Assembly (NCBI GenBank): GCA_943370435.1
Contig: CALRQX020000022.1
Coordinates: 4,313 to 68,312, forward strand
Direction: 5' to 3'
From: Candidatus Kapaibacterium sp.
GTDB taxonomy: Bacteria; Pseudomonadota; Gammaproteobacteria; Burkholderiales; Burkholderiaceae_C
Length of the DNA stretch: 64,000 bases
Shown piece after piece: positions 19,669-29,598 of the stretch (its first letter is position 1; each line of letters opens with the position of its first letter). The translations under genes were made by a program, and so were the position numbers. The notes beneath the pieces were generated by a model, which saw only the letters and a program-made list of their open reading frames with translations, searched no databases and was not told where the DNA came from.

Positions 19669-19744
19669 GCTTGTTTCTCCAGACACATGGCATGACTGTC
19701 GGCCTTTGCAGGCCACTTGAATATCCTCCTTTGGAACGTCGGCG

Positions 19745-19751
19745 AGGGGTA
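19745..19751 (-). promoter_or_regulatory. single NarL-type heptamer (TACCCCT on minus strand)
   Basis: Matches the TACYYMT consensus in the narK1 leader/promoter region. Single copy, no 7-2-7 partner found. Confidence 0.25.
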
Positions 19752-19818
19752 AAACCAGTCCGGCGCCGAGCCGCACCCTCATCCTGAAGAACTAGCCAGG
19801 CCTCAAACCGGGCGTGAC

Positions 19819-19832
19819 TTGATCTTTGTCAA
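19819..19832 (-). promoter_or_regulatory. FNR/Anr/Dnr-type box TTGAC-AAAG-ATCAA
   Basis: Plus strand reads TTGATCTTTGTCAA, close to TTGAT-N4-ATCAA. It lies about 157 nt upstream of the narK1 ATG and overlaps the narL stop codon. A weak -10-like TAGTTC sits about 30 nt downstream on the minus strand. Confidence 0.6.
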
Positions 19833-20509
19833 TGCGGTGATGGCTGGCCGGCCGCATAGACGGCAGCCTGCACCCGGGAGCTCAGCTGCAGCTTGCGCAG
19901 AATATGCTGAACATGGATCTTCACCGTGGTCTCGGCGATGTTGAGCTTGCGTGCAATCAGCTTGTTGCTGTCGCCCACTGCAATCAGCGCCAGCACCTCG
20001 CGTTCACGCGCTGACAGCAAGGGCAGTGCCGGAAGACCCTGCGGGCCGCCGTGCGCCGGCGCCTCGTCCACGGCGACCTGCGGTTTGGCGCGGAAGGCCG
20101 CAACCAGCTTGGTCATCATTTCGGGGCTGACCACCGACTCACCGCCCAGCACCTTGATGATCGATTCGCACAAACTGTCCAGCTCCACCGTTTTGAGCAG
20201 GTAGCCGTCGGCGCCGGCCTGCAGCGCCGCAGCCAGATCGTCTTCGTTTTCGCTGACCGTCAGCATCAGGATGCGGGTGCCCGGGGCCGCCTCCTTCAGT
20301 GCGGCGATGCCATCGACGCCCAGCACGCCCGGCAGGTGGTTGTCCAGCAGGATGAGGTCGGGGGAAACCTGCGCCACACAGCGCAGCGCTTCACCAATGT
20401 CACCGGCTTCGCCCACCAGCTTGAAGCGCGCGTCCTGTGACAACAAGGCCACAATGCCACGGCGAAAAAGCTTGTGGTCATCCACCACCAGCAATGCCAC
20501 CGGCGTCAT
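19829..20509 (-). CDS. narL: nitrate/nitrite response regulator (REC + LuxR HTH)
   Basis: MTPVALLVVDDHKLFRRGIVALL...DLILLDNHLPG... plus C-terminal LSAREREVLALIAVGDSNKLIARKLNIAETTVKIHVQHILRKL. Confidence 0.9.
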   Translation of the reverse strand: MTPVALLVVDDHKLFRRGIVALLSQDARFKLVGEAGDIGEALRCVAQVSPDLILLDNHLPGVLGVDGIAALKEAAPGTRILMLTVSENEDDLAAALQAGADGYLLKTVELDSLCESIIKVLGGESVVSPEMMTKLVAAFRAKPQVAVDEAPAHGGPQGLPALPLLSAREREVLALIAVGDSNKLIARKLNIAETTVKIHVQHILRKLQLSSRVQAAVYAAGQPSPH

Positions 20510-20519
20510 GCTGCCGGCT

Positions 20520-22454
20520 TCAAATCGGCCCCCCGGCCGCAAGCACAGGCTGGGCTTGCGGCAGGGCGCGCGCCAGCACACCGGCAGTCACTTCAGGGTG
20601 CTCCGGCAGGGTCAGGGTCACCGTGGTGCCCTGCCCCGCGCGGGAGCTCACGTCCACCTCCGCGCCAATACGCACGGCACGTTCACGCATGATGTTCAGG
20701 CCAACGTGCGACTCGCCCGGGTGTTTGCCGGTGTCAAAACCGGCGCCATTGTCACGCACTGCAAAACGCCAACGCGCGCCTTTGGCCACCTCGACCTCGA
20801 CCTCGGTCGCACCCGCGTGTTTGCGCACATTGGACAGGGCTTCCTGGATGATGTGCAGCACCTGCACCTGGACATCGGAGGGCAGTGGCAGGCCCTGGCC
20901 GTGCACCTGCAGCTGGGCCGGCAAACCGGTCTGGTTCTGGAATTTTTGCAGCGTCACCTGCAGGGCCTGCGCAATATCGTCGGTGTTGGTCCGGGTACGG
21001 AAATGCACCAGCAGCTCACGCACATCACCAATGCTTTCGCGCAGGCCGGTGTCGAGCTCGTCGAGCGCGCTTTCCGTCTGCAGGGCATGGCCCTTGTGGA
21101 CCGCGCTGCGCAGCAGCTGCACCTGGATTTTGAGAAAGGCCAGCGACTGCGCAATCGAGTCATGCAGGTTGCGCGCCAGGAGGGCGCGCTCCTGCGCCAC
21201 CGCAGCCTCCCGGTCCAGCGCATCGGCGCGCAGGCCTTCCAGCGAACTGGCGAGATGGCTGGCCAGCGCGTCCAGCAGTTCGATTTCATCCGCACCGAGC
21301 AGGACCGGCTGGCGGAAAAACAGGTTGAACTCACCGAGCAGGCGCTGCTGCAAGCGTATCGGCACACTGATCACGCTTTCATAACCGACCTTGGCGCAGT
21401 GCCGAACCGGCGCCTCGTCGTGGCTCAGGATGGGGATCACGCGGGTACGGGCGTCCGGACGCAGGTTGCCGCAGGCGCATGCCCCCGCCAGCAGGCTGCG
21501 CTCCTCCTCGACGAGGTCCTGCGGAAAGCAGTCGGTCGCGAGCATCAGGTAGCGCTGGTTGGCGTCGTCCGACCAGCGGACGACCGCCGCGTCGGCCTTC
21601 ATCACAGCGCGCACGCGTTGTGCAAAGCCGCGCGCCAGCTCGTCAATACTGCCGGCCTGCGCCAGGAAGGCACTGACCTTGTACAAGGCCTCGAGTCGCG
21701 CGCGTTGTGCTTCGATGCGCCGCGTCTTGGCCTCGACCTTGGCCTCGAGTTCACCGTAAAGCGACTGCAAGGTTGCGGCCATGTGGTTGAAACCGGCGGC
21801 CACCTGGCCAAACTCATCGGCCGTATCGACCGCCACCCGCGTGCTGAAATCTCCGGACTCCAGCTTGCGCAGGCCCTCCCGCAGTTGCGCCAGCGGATTG
21901 ATCACGTAGCTGTAGCCCGTGTACAGCATGACCACCGCACCGGCGACTGCGAAAGCCAGCATCAGCAGCTGGAACAGGTTCAGGATGGCCGTCAGCCGGG
22001 ACAGGTGCTGCTCTATCATCAGCACCAGACGGTCACTGGCATCGACGAAGTCGCCCCCGGCCTTGAGCAACACCGGCGAGGCCGGCGCCGGATCGGCCAG
22101 CCACAGCGGCCGCTGCTCGCGCCACAGGGTTTCCACCTCGGAAAAGCGCTGGCGCACATCGTCGTCCCAGGGCATGAACAGCGGGCGGGCCGGGTCGCCC
22201 TGGCGCAGCAGCGCCAGGCTGTCATCAAAACGCAGCAGCAGGGCCTGCCGTTCGGCGCGCTCCAGGCCTGCCTGCACCGCACTGACGAGCCGCCAGGTCT
22301 GCATGCGCATGCGCCCGGCCTCATTCACAGCCGCCGCGCCGCCCTCGAGCTGCCAGGTGACCCACAGGGTCAGCCCAATGGAGACCAGCGCAACCACCAG
22401 CAGACTGGCGCCTATGCGGACCAGCTTTTTGGCAAGCGAGGCGGTGTGCTGCAT
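20520..22454 (-). CDS. narX: nitrate/nitrite sensor histidine kinase
   Basis: From MQHTASLAKKLVRIGASLLVV...: two TM segments flanking a periplasmic P-box-like region (EAGRMRMQTWRL), HAMP, GAF-like region, HisKA_3 (ARNLHDSIAQSL) and HATPase. The ATG lies 4 nt after the holA stop. Confidence 0.88.
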   Translation of the reverse strand: MQHTASLAKKLVRIGASLLVVALVSIGLTLWVTWQLEGGAAAVNEAGRMRMQTWRLVSAVQAGLERAERQALLLRFDDSLALLRQGDPARPLFMPWDDDVRQRFSEVETLWREQRPLWLADPAPASPVLLKAGGDFVDASDRLVLMIEQHLSRLTAILNLFQLLMLAFAVAGAVVMLYTGYSYVINPLAQLREGLRKLESGDFSTRVAVDTADEFGQVAAGFNHMAATLQSLYGELEAKVEAKTRRIEAQRARLEALYKVSAFLAQAGSIDELARGFAQRVRAVMKADAAVVRWSDDANQRYLMLATDCFPQDLVEEERSLLAGACACGNLRPDARTRVIPILSHDEAPVRHCAKVGYESVISVPIRLQQRLLGEFNLFFRQPVLLGADEIELLDALASHLASSLEGLRADALDREAAVAQERALLARNLHDSIAQSLAFLKIQVQLLRSAVHKGHALQTESALDELDTGLRESIGDVRELLVHFRTRTNTDDIAQALQVTLQKFQNQTGLPAQLQVHGQGLPLPSDVQVQVLHIIQEALSNVRKHAGATEVEVEVAKGARWRFAVRDNGAGFDTGKHPGESHVGLNIMRERAVRIGAEVDVSSRAGQGTTVTLTLPEHPEVTAGVLARALPQAQPVLAAGGPI

Positions 22455-22458
22455 GCCG

Positions 22459-23577
22459 CTAGTGCCCGCTGCGCTCCACCGCGGCACGCGCCCTGCCGGA
22501 CGAAGGCGAGGACGCCGTGCATTGCGCACACACCATGCTGGCCAGGCGTTGCAGCGCCTGCCAGCCATCGGCCGGCCAGTCGGGCTGCCTGAGCCCCTTG
22601 ACGATGCCATCGACCTTGTGTGCGGCGTGCAGCAGGTTGGCCAGCGTGGTGTCGCCGATCTGCGGCAGCACGCGTTCAAACAGTTTTTCCTTCACGCCCC
22701 AGACGCGGTTTTCGCGCAGCGCCATCGGCATCGGACGGCCCGCACTGATCGCGTCCTTGACACGCTTGAGGCTGCGGATGTCCTCGGCCAGGGCCCAGTG
22801 CACCAGCACTTCGGATTCGCCTTCGGACTGCAGGCCGTCGAGCATGCGCTGCACACGCAGCGCCTGTCCGCCCAGCACCGCTTCGGAGAGCTTGAACACG
22901 TCGTAACGCGCCACATTGAGCACGGCGTTTTCAACCTGGTCAAAACTGAGCGCCGCCGACGCCGCCTCGCCGCCCGGCGGATACAGCAGGCCCAGCTTCT
23001 GGATCTCCTGGTGCGCGGCCAGCAAATTGCCCTCCACCCGGTCGGCAAAAAACTGCAATGTGCGTTGCCCCTCCTCGCCTGCGGCCACCCGCTGGCCCTG
23101 CTGCTGCAGGCGCTGCGCAATCCACGCCGGCAGGTTGCGCCTGTCAATCGCATCAAACTTGACGGTGGTGCCAAAACTGTCAAGGGCACCAAACCAGGCG
23201 CCCTTGACCGTCATGCTGTCCAGGCGCGGCAGCAGCACCAGGGTCAAGGTACTGTCATCGCCCCTGGCGCGTTCGGCAATCTGCTGCAGCGCCACCGAAC
23301 CGTCCTTGCCGGGTTTGCCGCTGGGAATGCGGATTTCAATGATCTGTTTGTCGGCAAACAGGCTCAGCGACCCGCCGCTGGCCAGCACCTCGCTCCAGTC
23401 GAAATGGGCACCCGAGACGGTGTGCACCGTGCGCTCGGTATAACCCTGCTGGCGCGCTGCTGCGCGCAGCGCATCGGCAAACTCCTGCTGGAGCAGCGGC
23501 TCGTCGCCATGCAGGGTATAGAGGGACTTGATGCCCCGTTCAAGGTGCTGCTGGAGTTGGGTGGGCGCAAGCTGCAT
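22459..23577 (-). CDS. holA: DNA polymerase III delta subunit
   Basis: From MQLAPTQLQQHLERGIKSLYTLHGDEPLLQQE.... Position after lptE in the conserved leuS-lptE-holA string. Confidence 0.88.
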   Translation of the reverse strand: MQLAPTQLQQHLERGIKSLYTLHGDEPLLQQEFADALRAAARQQGYTERTVHTVSGAHFDWSEVLASGGSLSLFADKQIIEIRIPSGKPGKDGSVALQQIAERARGDDSTLTLVLLPRLDSMTVKGAWFGALDSFGTTVKFDAIDRRNLPAWIAQRLQQQGQRVAAGEEGQRTLQFFADRVEGNLLAAHQEIQKLGLLYPPGGEAASAALSFDQVENAVLNVARYDVFKLSEAVLGGQALRVQRMLDGLQSEGESEVLVHWALAEDIRSLKRVKDAISAGRPMPMALRENRVWGVKEKLFERVLPQIGDTTLANLLHAAHKVDGIVKGLRQPDWPADGWQALQRLASMVCAQCTASSPSSGRARAAVERSGH

Positions 23578-23605
23578 GGTGGAAGTGGGCGCGGCAGTGC
23601 CGGCG

Positions 23606-24106
23606 TCACAATTCCTTGACTGCGGCCAGCCGCCGCAAGACCTGCTGCACGATGTCACTCTGCATGTCGCGGTAGAGCAACTGCTCTTCGGTCTCTTTGG
23701 CCAGCACCGCAGATTCGTTGAAGCTGATGTCGCGTTGCAGCACGATTTCTACCGGGGGAATCAGCAACTTGCCCTTGAGTGTGCGCAGCTGGAAGCGAAA
23801 GCGGGTGCGCAGCTGAAACTCGCGCACCTGGCCAGAGGCATTGACACCGACCACGGTTTTTTCACGCTGGTCCAGCAACACATCGAGAATCACGTCGGCC
23901 TGATCGATCAGGCGGCCATCGCGTATGACCTTGACCTTGCCGCCGGCTTCCAGATTGCGACTGAGCTCTGTGCCCAGCGTGGAGGTCTCGGCCGCACTGC
24001 TGAAAATGGTCTGGAAAGCATAGTTGGGCGCCTTGCGCAGCGCAAAGCCGCAGGCACTGAGACCCGCAGCCGAGGCAAGCGCCAACAGAAAAACGCGACG
24101 TGACAT
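23606..24106 (-). CDS. lptE: LPS-assembly lipoprotein LptE
   Basis: MSRRVFLLALASAAGLSACGF lipobox; about 166 aa; directly downstream of leuS. Confidence 0.85.
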   Translation of the reverse strand: MSRRVFLLALASAAGLSACGFALRKAPNYAFQTIFSSAAETSTLGTELSRNLEAGGKVKVIRDGRLIDQADVILDVLLDQREKTVVGVNASGQVREFQLRTRFRFQLRTLKGKLLIPPVEIVLQRDISFNESAVLAKETEEQLLYRDMQSDIVQQVLRRLAAVKEL

Positions 24107-24116
24107 GATTTTTCCT

Positions 24117-26786
24117 TCAGACAACGATGTTGACCAGGCGCCCCGGCACAACGATAACCTTTTTGGCCGCCGCGCCCTGCGCCTGTTTGACAAACGCCTC
24201 CGAGGCCAGCGCGGCCGCCTCTATCGCGGCCTTGTCGGCGCCGGCGGGCACGGTGACGGACCCGCGCAACTTGCCGTTGATCTGCAGCACCAGCTCGATT
24301 TCGTCCTGCACCAGCGCAGAAACGTCCACCTCGGGCCAGGGCGCATCGAGCAGGCCGCCGTGGTCCTTCGCAAATCCGAGATCGTCCCAGAGGGCGTGCG
24401 CCAGATGCGGCGTCGCCGGGTACAGGCAGCGCAGCAAGATGCCCATGCCTTCGCGCAAGGCAAACGCCGCGCCACTGGAGGGCTGACCCTTGAAGTCCTC
24501 CAGGGCATTGAGCAGCTTCATGCCGCCCGACACCACGGTGTTGTACTGCATGCGCTGGTAGTCGTAGTCGATCTGTTTGAGCACCGTGTGGATGTCCCGG
24601 CGCAGCGCCTGGGCATCCTTGTCAAATTGGCCTTCAGCCCTTTGTGGACGGGCGCCAGCAGCTCCTGAATTCATGGCCTCCAGTTTGACGCCGAAGTTCC
24701 AGACGCGGCGCAGGAAGCGGTAGGAGCCCTCCACGCCGGCATCGTTCCACTCGAGTGTGGCCTCAGGCGGCGAAGTGAACATGGTGTACAGGCGCGCGGT
24801 GTCGGCGCCGTATTTCTCGATCAGGTCCTGCGGATCCACGCCGTTGTTCTTGCTTTTGCTCATGGTGCCCACGCCTTCGTAGTTCACCATCGAGCCGTCC
24901 CTGCGCAGCTTCGCGCCCGTGACCTTGCCGTGTTCGTCGTGCACATCGTCCACATCGGCAGGCCAGAAGTACTCGACGCCGCCCTTGTCAGCCTTGCGCG
25001 AGTAGATGTGGTTGAGCACCATGCCCTGGGTCAGCAGCTTGGTGAAGGGCTCGTCGACCTTGACCAGATCGAGGTCGCGCATGACCTTGGTCCAGAAGCG
25101 TGCGTACAGCAGGTGCAGGATGGCGTGTTCGATGCCGCCGATGTACTGGTCCATTGGCATCCAGTAGTTCGCGCCCTCAGCCACCATCTTGTCGTCGTTC
25201 TTCGGGTCGCAGTAACGCATGAAGTACCAGGAGCTGTCGACGAAGGTGTCCATGGTGTCGGTTTCGCGCCGCGCGGCCTTGCCGCAGACCGGGCAGGTGA
25301 CGCCGGCGTGGAAACCTTCGTGTTTGTGCAGCGGGTTGCCGGAGCCGTCGGGCACGCAGTCCTGCGGCAGCACCACCGGCAAATCCTCCTCGGGCACCGG
25401 CACCGCGCCGTGTTCCTCGCAGTGGATGATGGGAATCGGCGTGCCCCAGTAACGCTGCCGGCTCACGCCCCAGTCGCGCAGGCGCCAGGTGGTTTTTTTC
25501 TCGCCCAGGCCTTTGGCGGCCAGGTCGGCCGCGACGGCATCGACGGCGGCCTTGAACGCCAGGCCGTTGTACTTGCCGGAGTTGACGGCGATGCCGTGCT
25601 GCTTGTCGGTGTACCAGTCCTGCCACTGGTCGGTGCTGAACTGGCAGCCGCCGGCCGGCGCGAGCTGGGGGTCGGGCGCGATCACTTGTCTGATCGGCAA
25701 GCCGTATTTTTTCGCGAACTCGAAATCGCGCTCGTCGTGCGCCGGCACACCCATGACCGCGCCGTCGCCGTAACTCATGAGCACATAGTTGCCGACCCAG
25801 ACCTCGACCTGGTCGCCGGTCAGCGGGTGCGTCACAAACAGGCCGGTGGCCATGCCCTTTTTTTCCTGGGTGGCGAGTTCGGCCTCGGTGGTGCCGCCGG
25901 ACTTGCAGCCCTCGATGAAGGCCGCCAGCTGCGGATTCGACGCTGCCGCATGCACGGCCAGCGGGTGTTCCGGCGCGACGGCGCAAAAGGTCACGCCCAT
26001 GATGGTGTCGGCGCGCGTGGTGAAGACGTACATCTTGCCGTCACTGATCAGCTTGCCGTTGGCATCTGCGATGTCGTGGGTGAACGCAAAACGCACACCT
26101 TCGCTCTTGCCTATCCAGTTCTCCTGCATCAGCTTGACGCGTTCGGGCCAGCCCGGCAGCTTGTGGCTCACGCTGTCGAGCAGTTCCTCGGCATAGGCGG
26201 TGATCTTCAGGTAGTAGCCCGGTATCTCGCGCTTTTCAACCACGGCGCCGGTGCGCCAGCCCTTGCCGTCGATCACCTGCTCATTGGCCAGCACGGTCTG
26301 GTCCACCGGGTCCCAGTTGACGACCTGGGTTTTGCGGTAGGCAATGCCTTTGTCCAGCATCTTCAAAAACAGCCACTGGTTCCACTTGTAGTAGCTTGGG
26401 TCGCAGGTCGCCACTTCGCGGCTCCAGTCAATCGCCAGTCCCATCGCCTGCATCTGCTTTTTCATGTAGGCGATGTTGTCGTAGGTCCACTGCGCGGGTG
26501 GCACACCGTTTTTCATCGCGGCGTTTTCGGCCGGCAGGCCGAAGGCGTCCCAGCCCATGGGCATGAGCACGTTGTAGCCCTTCATGCGCAGATAACGCGA
26601 GAGCATGTCGTTGATGGTGTAGTTGCGCACATGGCCCATGTGCAGCTTGCCGCTGGGGTAGGGCAACATCGAGCAGGCGTAATACTTCTTTTTGGACCGG
26701 TCTTCGGTGACGCGGTAAGCGTCAGACGCGGTCCATTGGGCCTGCGCACTGCGCTCAACGTGGAGGTGGTCGTATTTGTCTTGCAT
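24117..26786 (-). CDS. leuS: leucine--tRNA ligase
   Basis: 889 aa; class I HIGH ([15 protein letters not shown]) and KMSKS ([10 protein letters not shown]) motifs. Confidence 0.98.
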   Translation of the reverse strand: MQDKYDHLHVERSAQAQWTASDAYRVTEDRSKKKYYACSMLPYPSGKLHMGHVRNYTINDMLSRYLRMKGYNVLMPMGWDAFGLPAENAAMKNGVPPAQWTYDNIAYMKKQMQAMGLAIDWSREVATCDPSYYKWNQWLFLKMLDKGIAYRKTQVVNWDPVDQTVLANEQVIDGKGWRTGAVVEKREIPGYYLKITAYAEELLDSVSHKLPGWPERVKLMQENWIGKSEGVRFAFTHDIADANGKLISDGKMYVFTTRADTIMGVTFCAVAPEHPLAVHAAASNPQLAAFIEGCKSGGTTEAELATQEKKGMATGLFVTHPLTGDQVEVWVGNYVLMSYGDGAVMGVPAHDERDFEFAKKYGLPIRQVIAPDPQLAPAGGCQFSTDQWQDWYTDKQHGIAVNSGKYNGLAFKAAVDAVAADLAAKGLGEKKTTWRLRDWGVSRQRYWGTPIPIIHCEEHGAVPVPEEDLPVVLPQDCVPDGSGNPLHKHEGFHAGVTCPVCGKAARRETDTMDTFVDSSWYFMRYCDPKNDDKMVAEGANYWMPMDQYIGGIEHAILHLLYARFWTKVMRDLDLVKVDEPFTKLLTQGMVLNHIYSRKADKGGVEYFWPADVDDVHDEHGKVTGAKLRRDGSMVNYEGVGTMSKSKNNGVDPQDLIEKYGADTARLYTMFTSPPEATLEWNDAGVEGSYRFLRRVWNFGVKLEAMNSGAAGARPQRAEGQFDKDAQALRRDIHTVLKQIDYDYQRMQYNTVVSGGMKLLNALEDFKGQPSSGAAFALREGMGILLRCLYPATPHLAHALWDDLGFAKDHGGLLDAPWPEVDVSALVQDEIELVLQINGKLRGSVTVPAGADKAAIEAAALASEAFVKQAQGAAAKKVIVVPGRLVNIVV

Positions 26787-26886
26787 GGCGCACGGAAAGA
26801 GAAGAAAAAGGAAAAGCGAGGGGGCCGCCGATAGCCGCGGCTTGCCGGGATTTTAGGCGCTGGCCGGACCGGGCCGTCGCGGGCCC

Positions 26887-27327
26887 TCAGGGCCGGGTGG
26901 CGGGGGCTGGTTCGGCGGCGGCATCGGCGACAAAACCGATGCGGTTCAGGCCGGCTTTCTGCGCAATGCCCATGAGCTCGACAATCCGTCCATAAGGCAC
27001 GGACTGGTCAGCACGCAGCTGCACCTCGGTGTCGGGGTTTGTCGTGGCGCTTTGTCGCAGGCTTTGCGCCATCTCCCGGGCCGACACGGGCTGGTCGTTC
27101 AAAAAGGCCTGCCCGGTCCTGTCCACCACCAGGGTCACAAACTGCGGCACCGCATTCGGTTTGGCGGCATCGGTTCTGGGCAGGTCCAGCTTGATCGAGC
27201 TGGCCAGCAGGGGGGCGGTGATGATGAAGATCACGACCAGCACCAGCATCACATCGACCAGCGGCGTGACGTTGATCTCGCTCATCGGCTGGGCACCGGG
27301 GTTGCGCTCAAGCCGGCCAAAACTCAT
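26887..27327 (-). CDS. exbD: ExbD/TolR-family biopolymer transport protein
   Basis: 146 aa; EINVTPLVDVMLVLVVIFIITAP single-TM signature. Its start overlaps the exbB stop (ATGA). Confidence 0.85.
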   Translation of the reverse strand: MSFGRLERNPGAQPMSEINVTPLVDVMLVLVVIFIITAPLLASSIKLDLPRTDAAKPNAVPQFVTLVVDRTGQAFLNDQPVSAREMAQSLRQSATTNPDTEVQLRADQSVPYGRIVELMGIAQKAGLNRIGFVADAAAEPAPATRP

Positions 27328-28031
27328 GACGGCCGGCCCGACACGCTCACCGGCTCATCGCCGTCAGGCAGGGGGACACCGGGCGAAGCGCCCATCGTGG
27401 GGGCCAGCAATTCACGCAGATCGAAGGCAAACCCTTCGAGGTCAGCCTCAATGCGGCTGATGTTGCGCCCGAAAATGTTGTAGGCCAGCACGGCCGGGAT
27501 GGCCACGGCCAGACCGGCGGCCGTCATGATCAGCGCCTCGCCAACCGGGCCGGAGACCTTGTCGATGGTGATCTGCCCGGCGGCGGCAATGCCGACGAGC
27601 GCGTGGTAAATGCCCCAGACCGTGCCCAGCAGGCCGACAAAAGGCGCGGTCGAGCCGATCGTGGCCAGCAGCACCTGGCCGTACTGCAGCTTGTGCAACA
27701 CCTGGTGCAGCGCGTCGCGCAGCACACGGGTCAGTTGCTGTGCCCGGTTGCCGGCGGCCGCCAGCTGGCCTGGCGCCGGAGCGCTGGCTGCAGCGATCAG
27801 CGGCAGTACCAGGCCCTCGCGGTCAAAAGCGGTCATTCTGGGCGTCGCCTCCGCGATCGATGCCGACTGCCAGAACACGGCGATGCTGCGGGCCACGTCG
27901 CCGGCCGCACGCCTGAGCAGCCACGCTTTCCAGAGGATGGCCACCCAGCTGGCCACCGACATGGCCAGCAATACAAGCGCCACCGCCGCCGTGACGGCAT
28001 CCCCTTCAGTCAGCAGCGTCAGCAGGTTCAT
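27324..28031 (-). CDS. exbB: MotA/TolQ/ExbB proton-channel protein
   Basis: 235 aa; LATIGSTAPFVGLLGTVWGI and GPVGEALIMTAAGLAVAIPAVLAYN motifs. Confidence 0.85.
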   Translation of the reverse strand: MNLLTLLTEGDAVTAAVALVLLAMSVASWVAILWKAWLLRRAAGDVARSIAVFWQSASIAEATPRMTAFDREGLVLPLIAAASAPAPGQLAAAGNRAQQLTRVLRDALHQVLHKLQYGQVLLATIGSTAPFVGLLGTVWGIYHALVGIAAAGQITIDKVSGPVGEALIMTAAGLAVAIPAVLAYNIFGRNISRIEADLEGFAFDLRELLAPTMGASPGVPLPDGDEPVSVSGRPS

Positions 28032-28063
28032 GGGTTCAGCTCGGTTCAGTTCAGTTCAGTTCA
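28026..28063. repeat. pentanucleotide repeat GTTCA: 4 perfect tandem units (28044-28063) plus 2 nearby units
   Basis: Read directly: ggttcatgggttcagctcg(gttca)x4. Spans the dapB stop codon and the exbB start codon. Confidence 0.85.
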
Positions 28064-28884
28064 AGCACGTCAAACATGTCAAACAGCCCGCTGCTGCGGT
28101 CTGCCAGGAAACGCGACGCACGCAGGCTGCCCTGGGCATAAGTGGCCCGGCTGGAGGACTTGTGGGTGATTTCGATACGCTCGCCCGTGCCGAGGAACAG
28201 CACGCTGTGGTCGCCCACCACATCGCCGCCGCGCACCGTCGCAAAACCGATGGAGGACGGGTCGCGCTCGCCGGTCACGCCTTCGCGCGCATAAACCGCG
28301 CAGTCCTTGAGGTCGCGCCCCAGGGCAGCGGCAATCACCTCGCCCATCTTGAGCGCGGTTCCCGACGGCGCATCCACCTTGTGGCGGTGGTGGGCCTCGA
28401 CAATTTCGATGTCGTAGCCGGTGCTCAGCGCCCTGGCGGCCATCTCCAGCAGCTTGAGCGTGACGTTGACGCCAACACTCATGTTGGGCGCCATCATGAT
28501 GGCGATGTCTTTGGCAGCAGCCGCAATCCCGGCTTTTTGCGCGTCGGAAAATCCTGTGGTGCCTATCACCAGCTTGACACCCAGCGCACGGCAGGCAGCC
28601 AGGTGCGCCATGGTGCCTTCAGGCCGCGTGAAATCGATCAGCACCTGCGCGTCTTTCAGTCCGGCGGAAATATCCGACTGAATCAGGACGCCACTTTGCT
28701 GACCCAGAAAAGCGGTCGCATCTTCGCCAATCGCGGGACTGGCCGCCACATCGAGCGCGCCCGTGAGCATGCAGTCGCCGCTGAGCCGGATGGCTTCTAT
28801 CAGCATGTGGCCCATCCTGCCGCCCGCCCCGGCCACGGCGATACGCAAAGGCGCAGCGCGGGTCGGCGCCTTGAGCACACTCAC
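28051..28884 (-). CDS. dapB: 4-hydroxy-tetrahydrodipicolinate reductase
   Basis: 277 aa; [14 protein letters not shown](P) motif, [15 protein letters not shown] catalytic motif. Confidence 0.95.
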   Translation of the reverse strand: MSVLKAPTRAAPLRIAVAGAGGRMGHMLIEAIRLSGDCMLTGALDVAASPAIGEDATAFLGQQSGVLIQSDISAGLKDAQVLIDFTRPEGTMAHLAACRALGVKLVIGTTGFSDAQKAGIAAAAKDIAIMMAPNMSVGVNVTLKLLEMAARALSTGYDIEIVEAHHRHKVDAPSGTALKMGEVIAAALGRDLKDCAVYAREGVTGERDPSSIGFATVRGGDVVGDHSVLFLGTGERIEITHKSSSRATYAQGSLRASRFLADRSSGLFDMFDVLELN

Positions 28885-29468
28885 CGCGCCGGGCTTTCCA
28901 GCGGAGGGTAGCTGGCGCCAGGCGCAGCGGCAGGCGCAGCCGTCACGGGCGTGACGCTGGCAGCCGGCTTTTTCTTTTCGCTGGCTTGCAGTTGCTCGGG
29001 CGTCAGCTCCAGCACCGGCACCTTGCCGAACTTGCGGCGGGAGTCCAGTTTGGCGACAAAATCGGACTCGCTGGGCATGTCGTCGCCCTCAAAACGGTCC
29101 ATCCCGTCGCCCTTGAAAAATACGGTGAGTCGCAAGGCCTGCGGTTCGGCACCCTGGCGCTTGAGGGTAAAGACGTAATCCCAGCGGTCCGCATGGAACA
29201 CGCTGGCCATCAGCGGCGTGCCCAGGATGTCACGCACCTGCGCGCGCGGCATGCCGGGCTTGAGGGCCTCCACCTGCTCTTTGGAGACAAAGTTGCCCTG
29301 CACCACCTCGATCTTGTAGGGCGTGATCCAGTTGACTGGGTTGATCTTGCTGTCCCCCAGGCCACTGCTCATGTCCTTGATGCTGCCGCAAGCCGCAAGC
29401 CCGGCGCAGGCCAGAACGGTGAGGGCAGTTTGAATGCGGTAACGGAATTTTGCAGACAGGGCTGACAT
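28881..29468 (-). CDS. bamE: outer membrane protein assembly factor BamE (SmpA/OmlA)
   Basis: Lipobox [47 protein letters not shown]. Conserved fur-bamE-dapB neighbourhood. Confidence 0.85.
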   Translation of the reverse strand: MSALSAKFRYRIQTALTVLACAGLAACGSIKDMSSGLGDSKINPVNWITPYKIEVVQGNFVSKEQVEALKPGMPRAQVRDILGTPLMASVFHADRWDYVFTLKRQGAEPQALRLTVFFKGDGMDRFEGDDMPSESDFVAKLDSRRKFGKVPVLELTPEQLQASEKKKPAASVTPVTAAPAAAPGASYPPLESPAR

Positions 29469-29598
29469 GGTAGGGGGGTGTAGCGATATGATGGGCCATT
29501 GTAGCGGCAGGGTGCCGCCGCGCGTGGGTGCCGCCCGCCGCCTATGGGCCTCCCGGCACGCCCGCCGGCGGGGGACTGTTTTCCCTCAGGACCTCTCC

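Noticed and set aside
29469-29598. Looked for a Fur box in the bamE/fur divergent region and upstream of exbB.
   Set aside because: I saw no AT-rich GATAATGATAATCATTATC-like 19-mer. The region is GC-rich.
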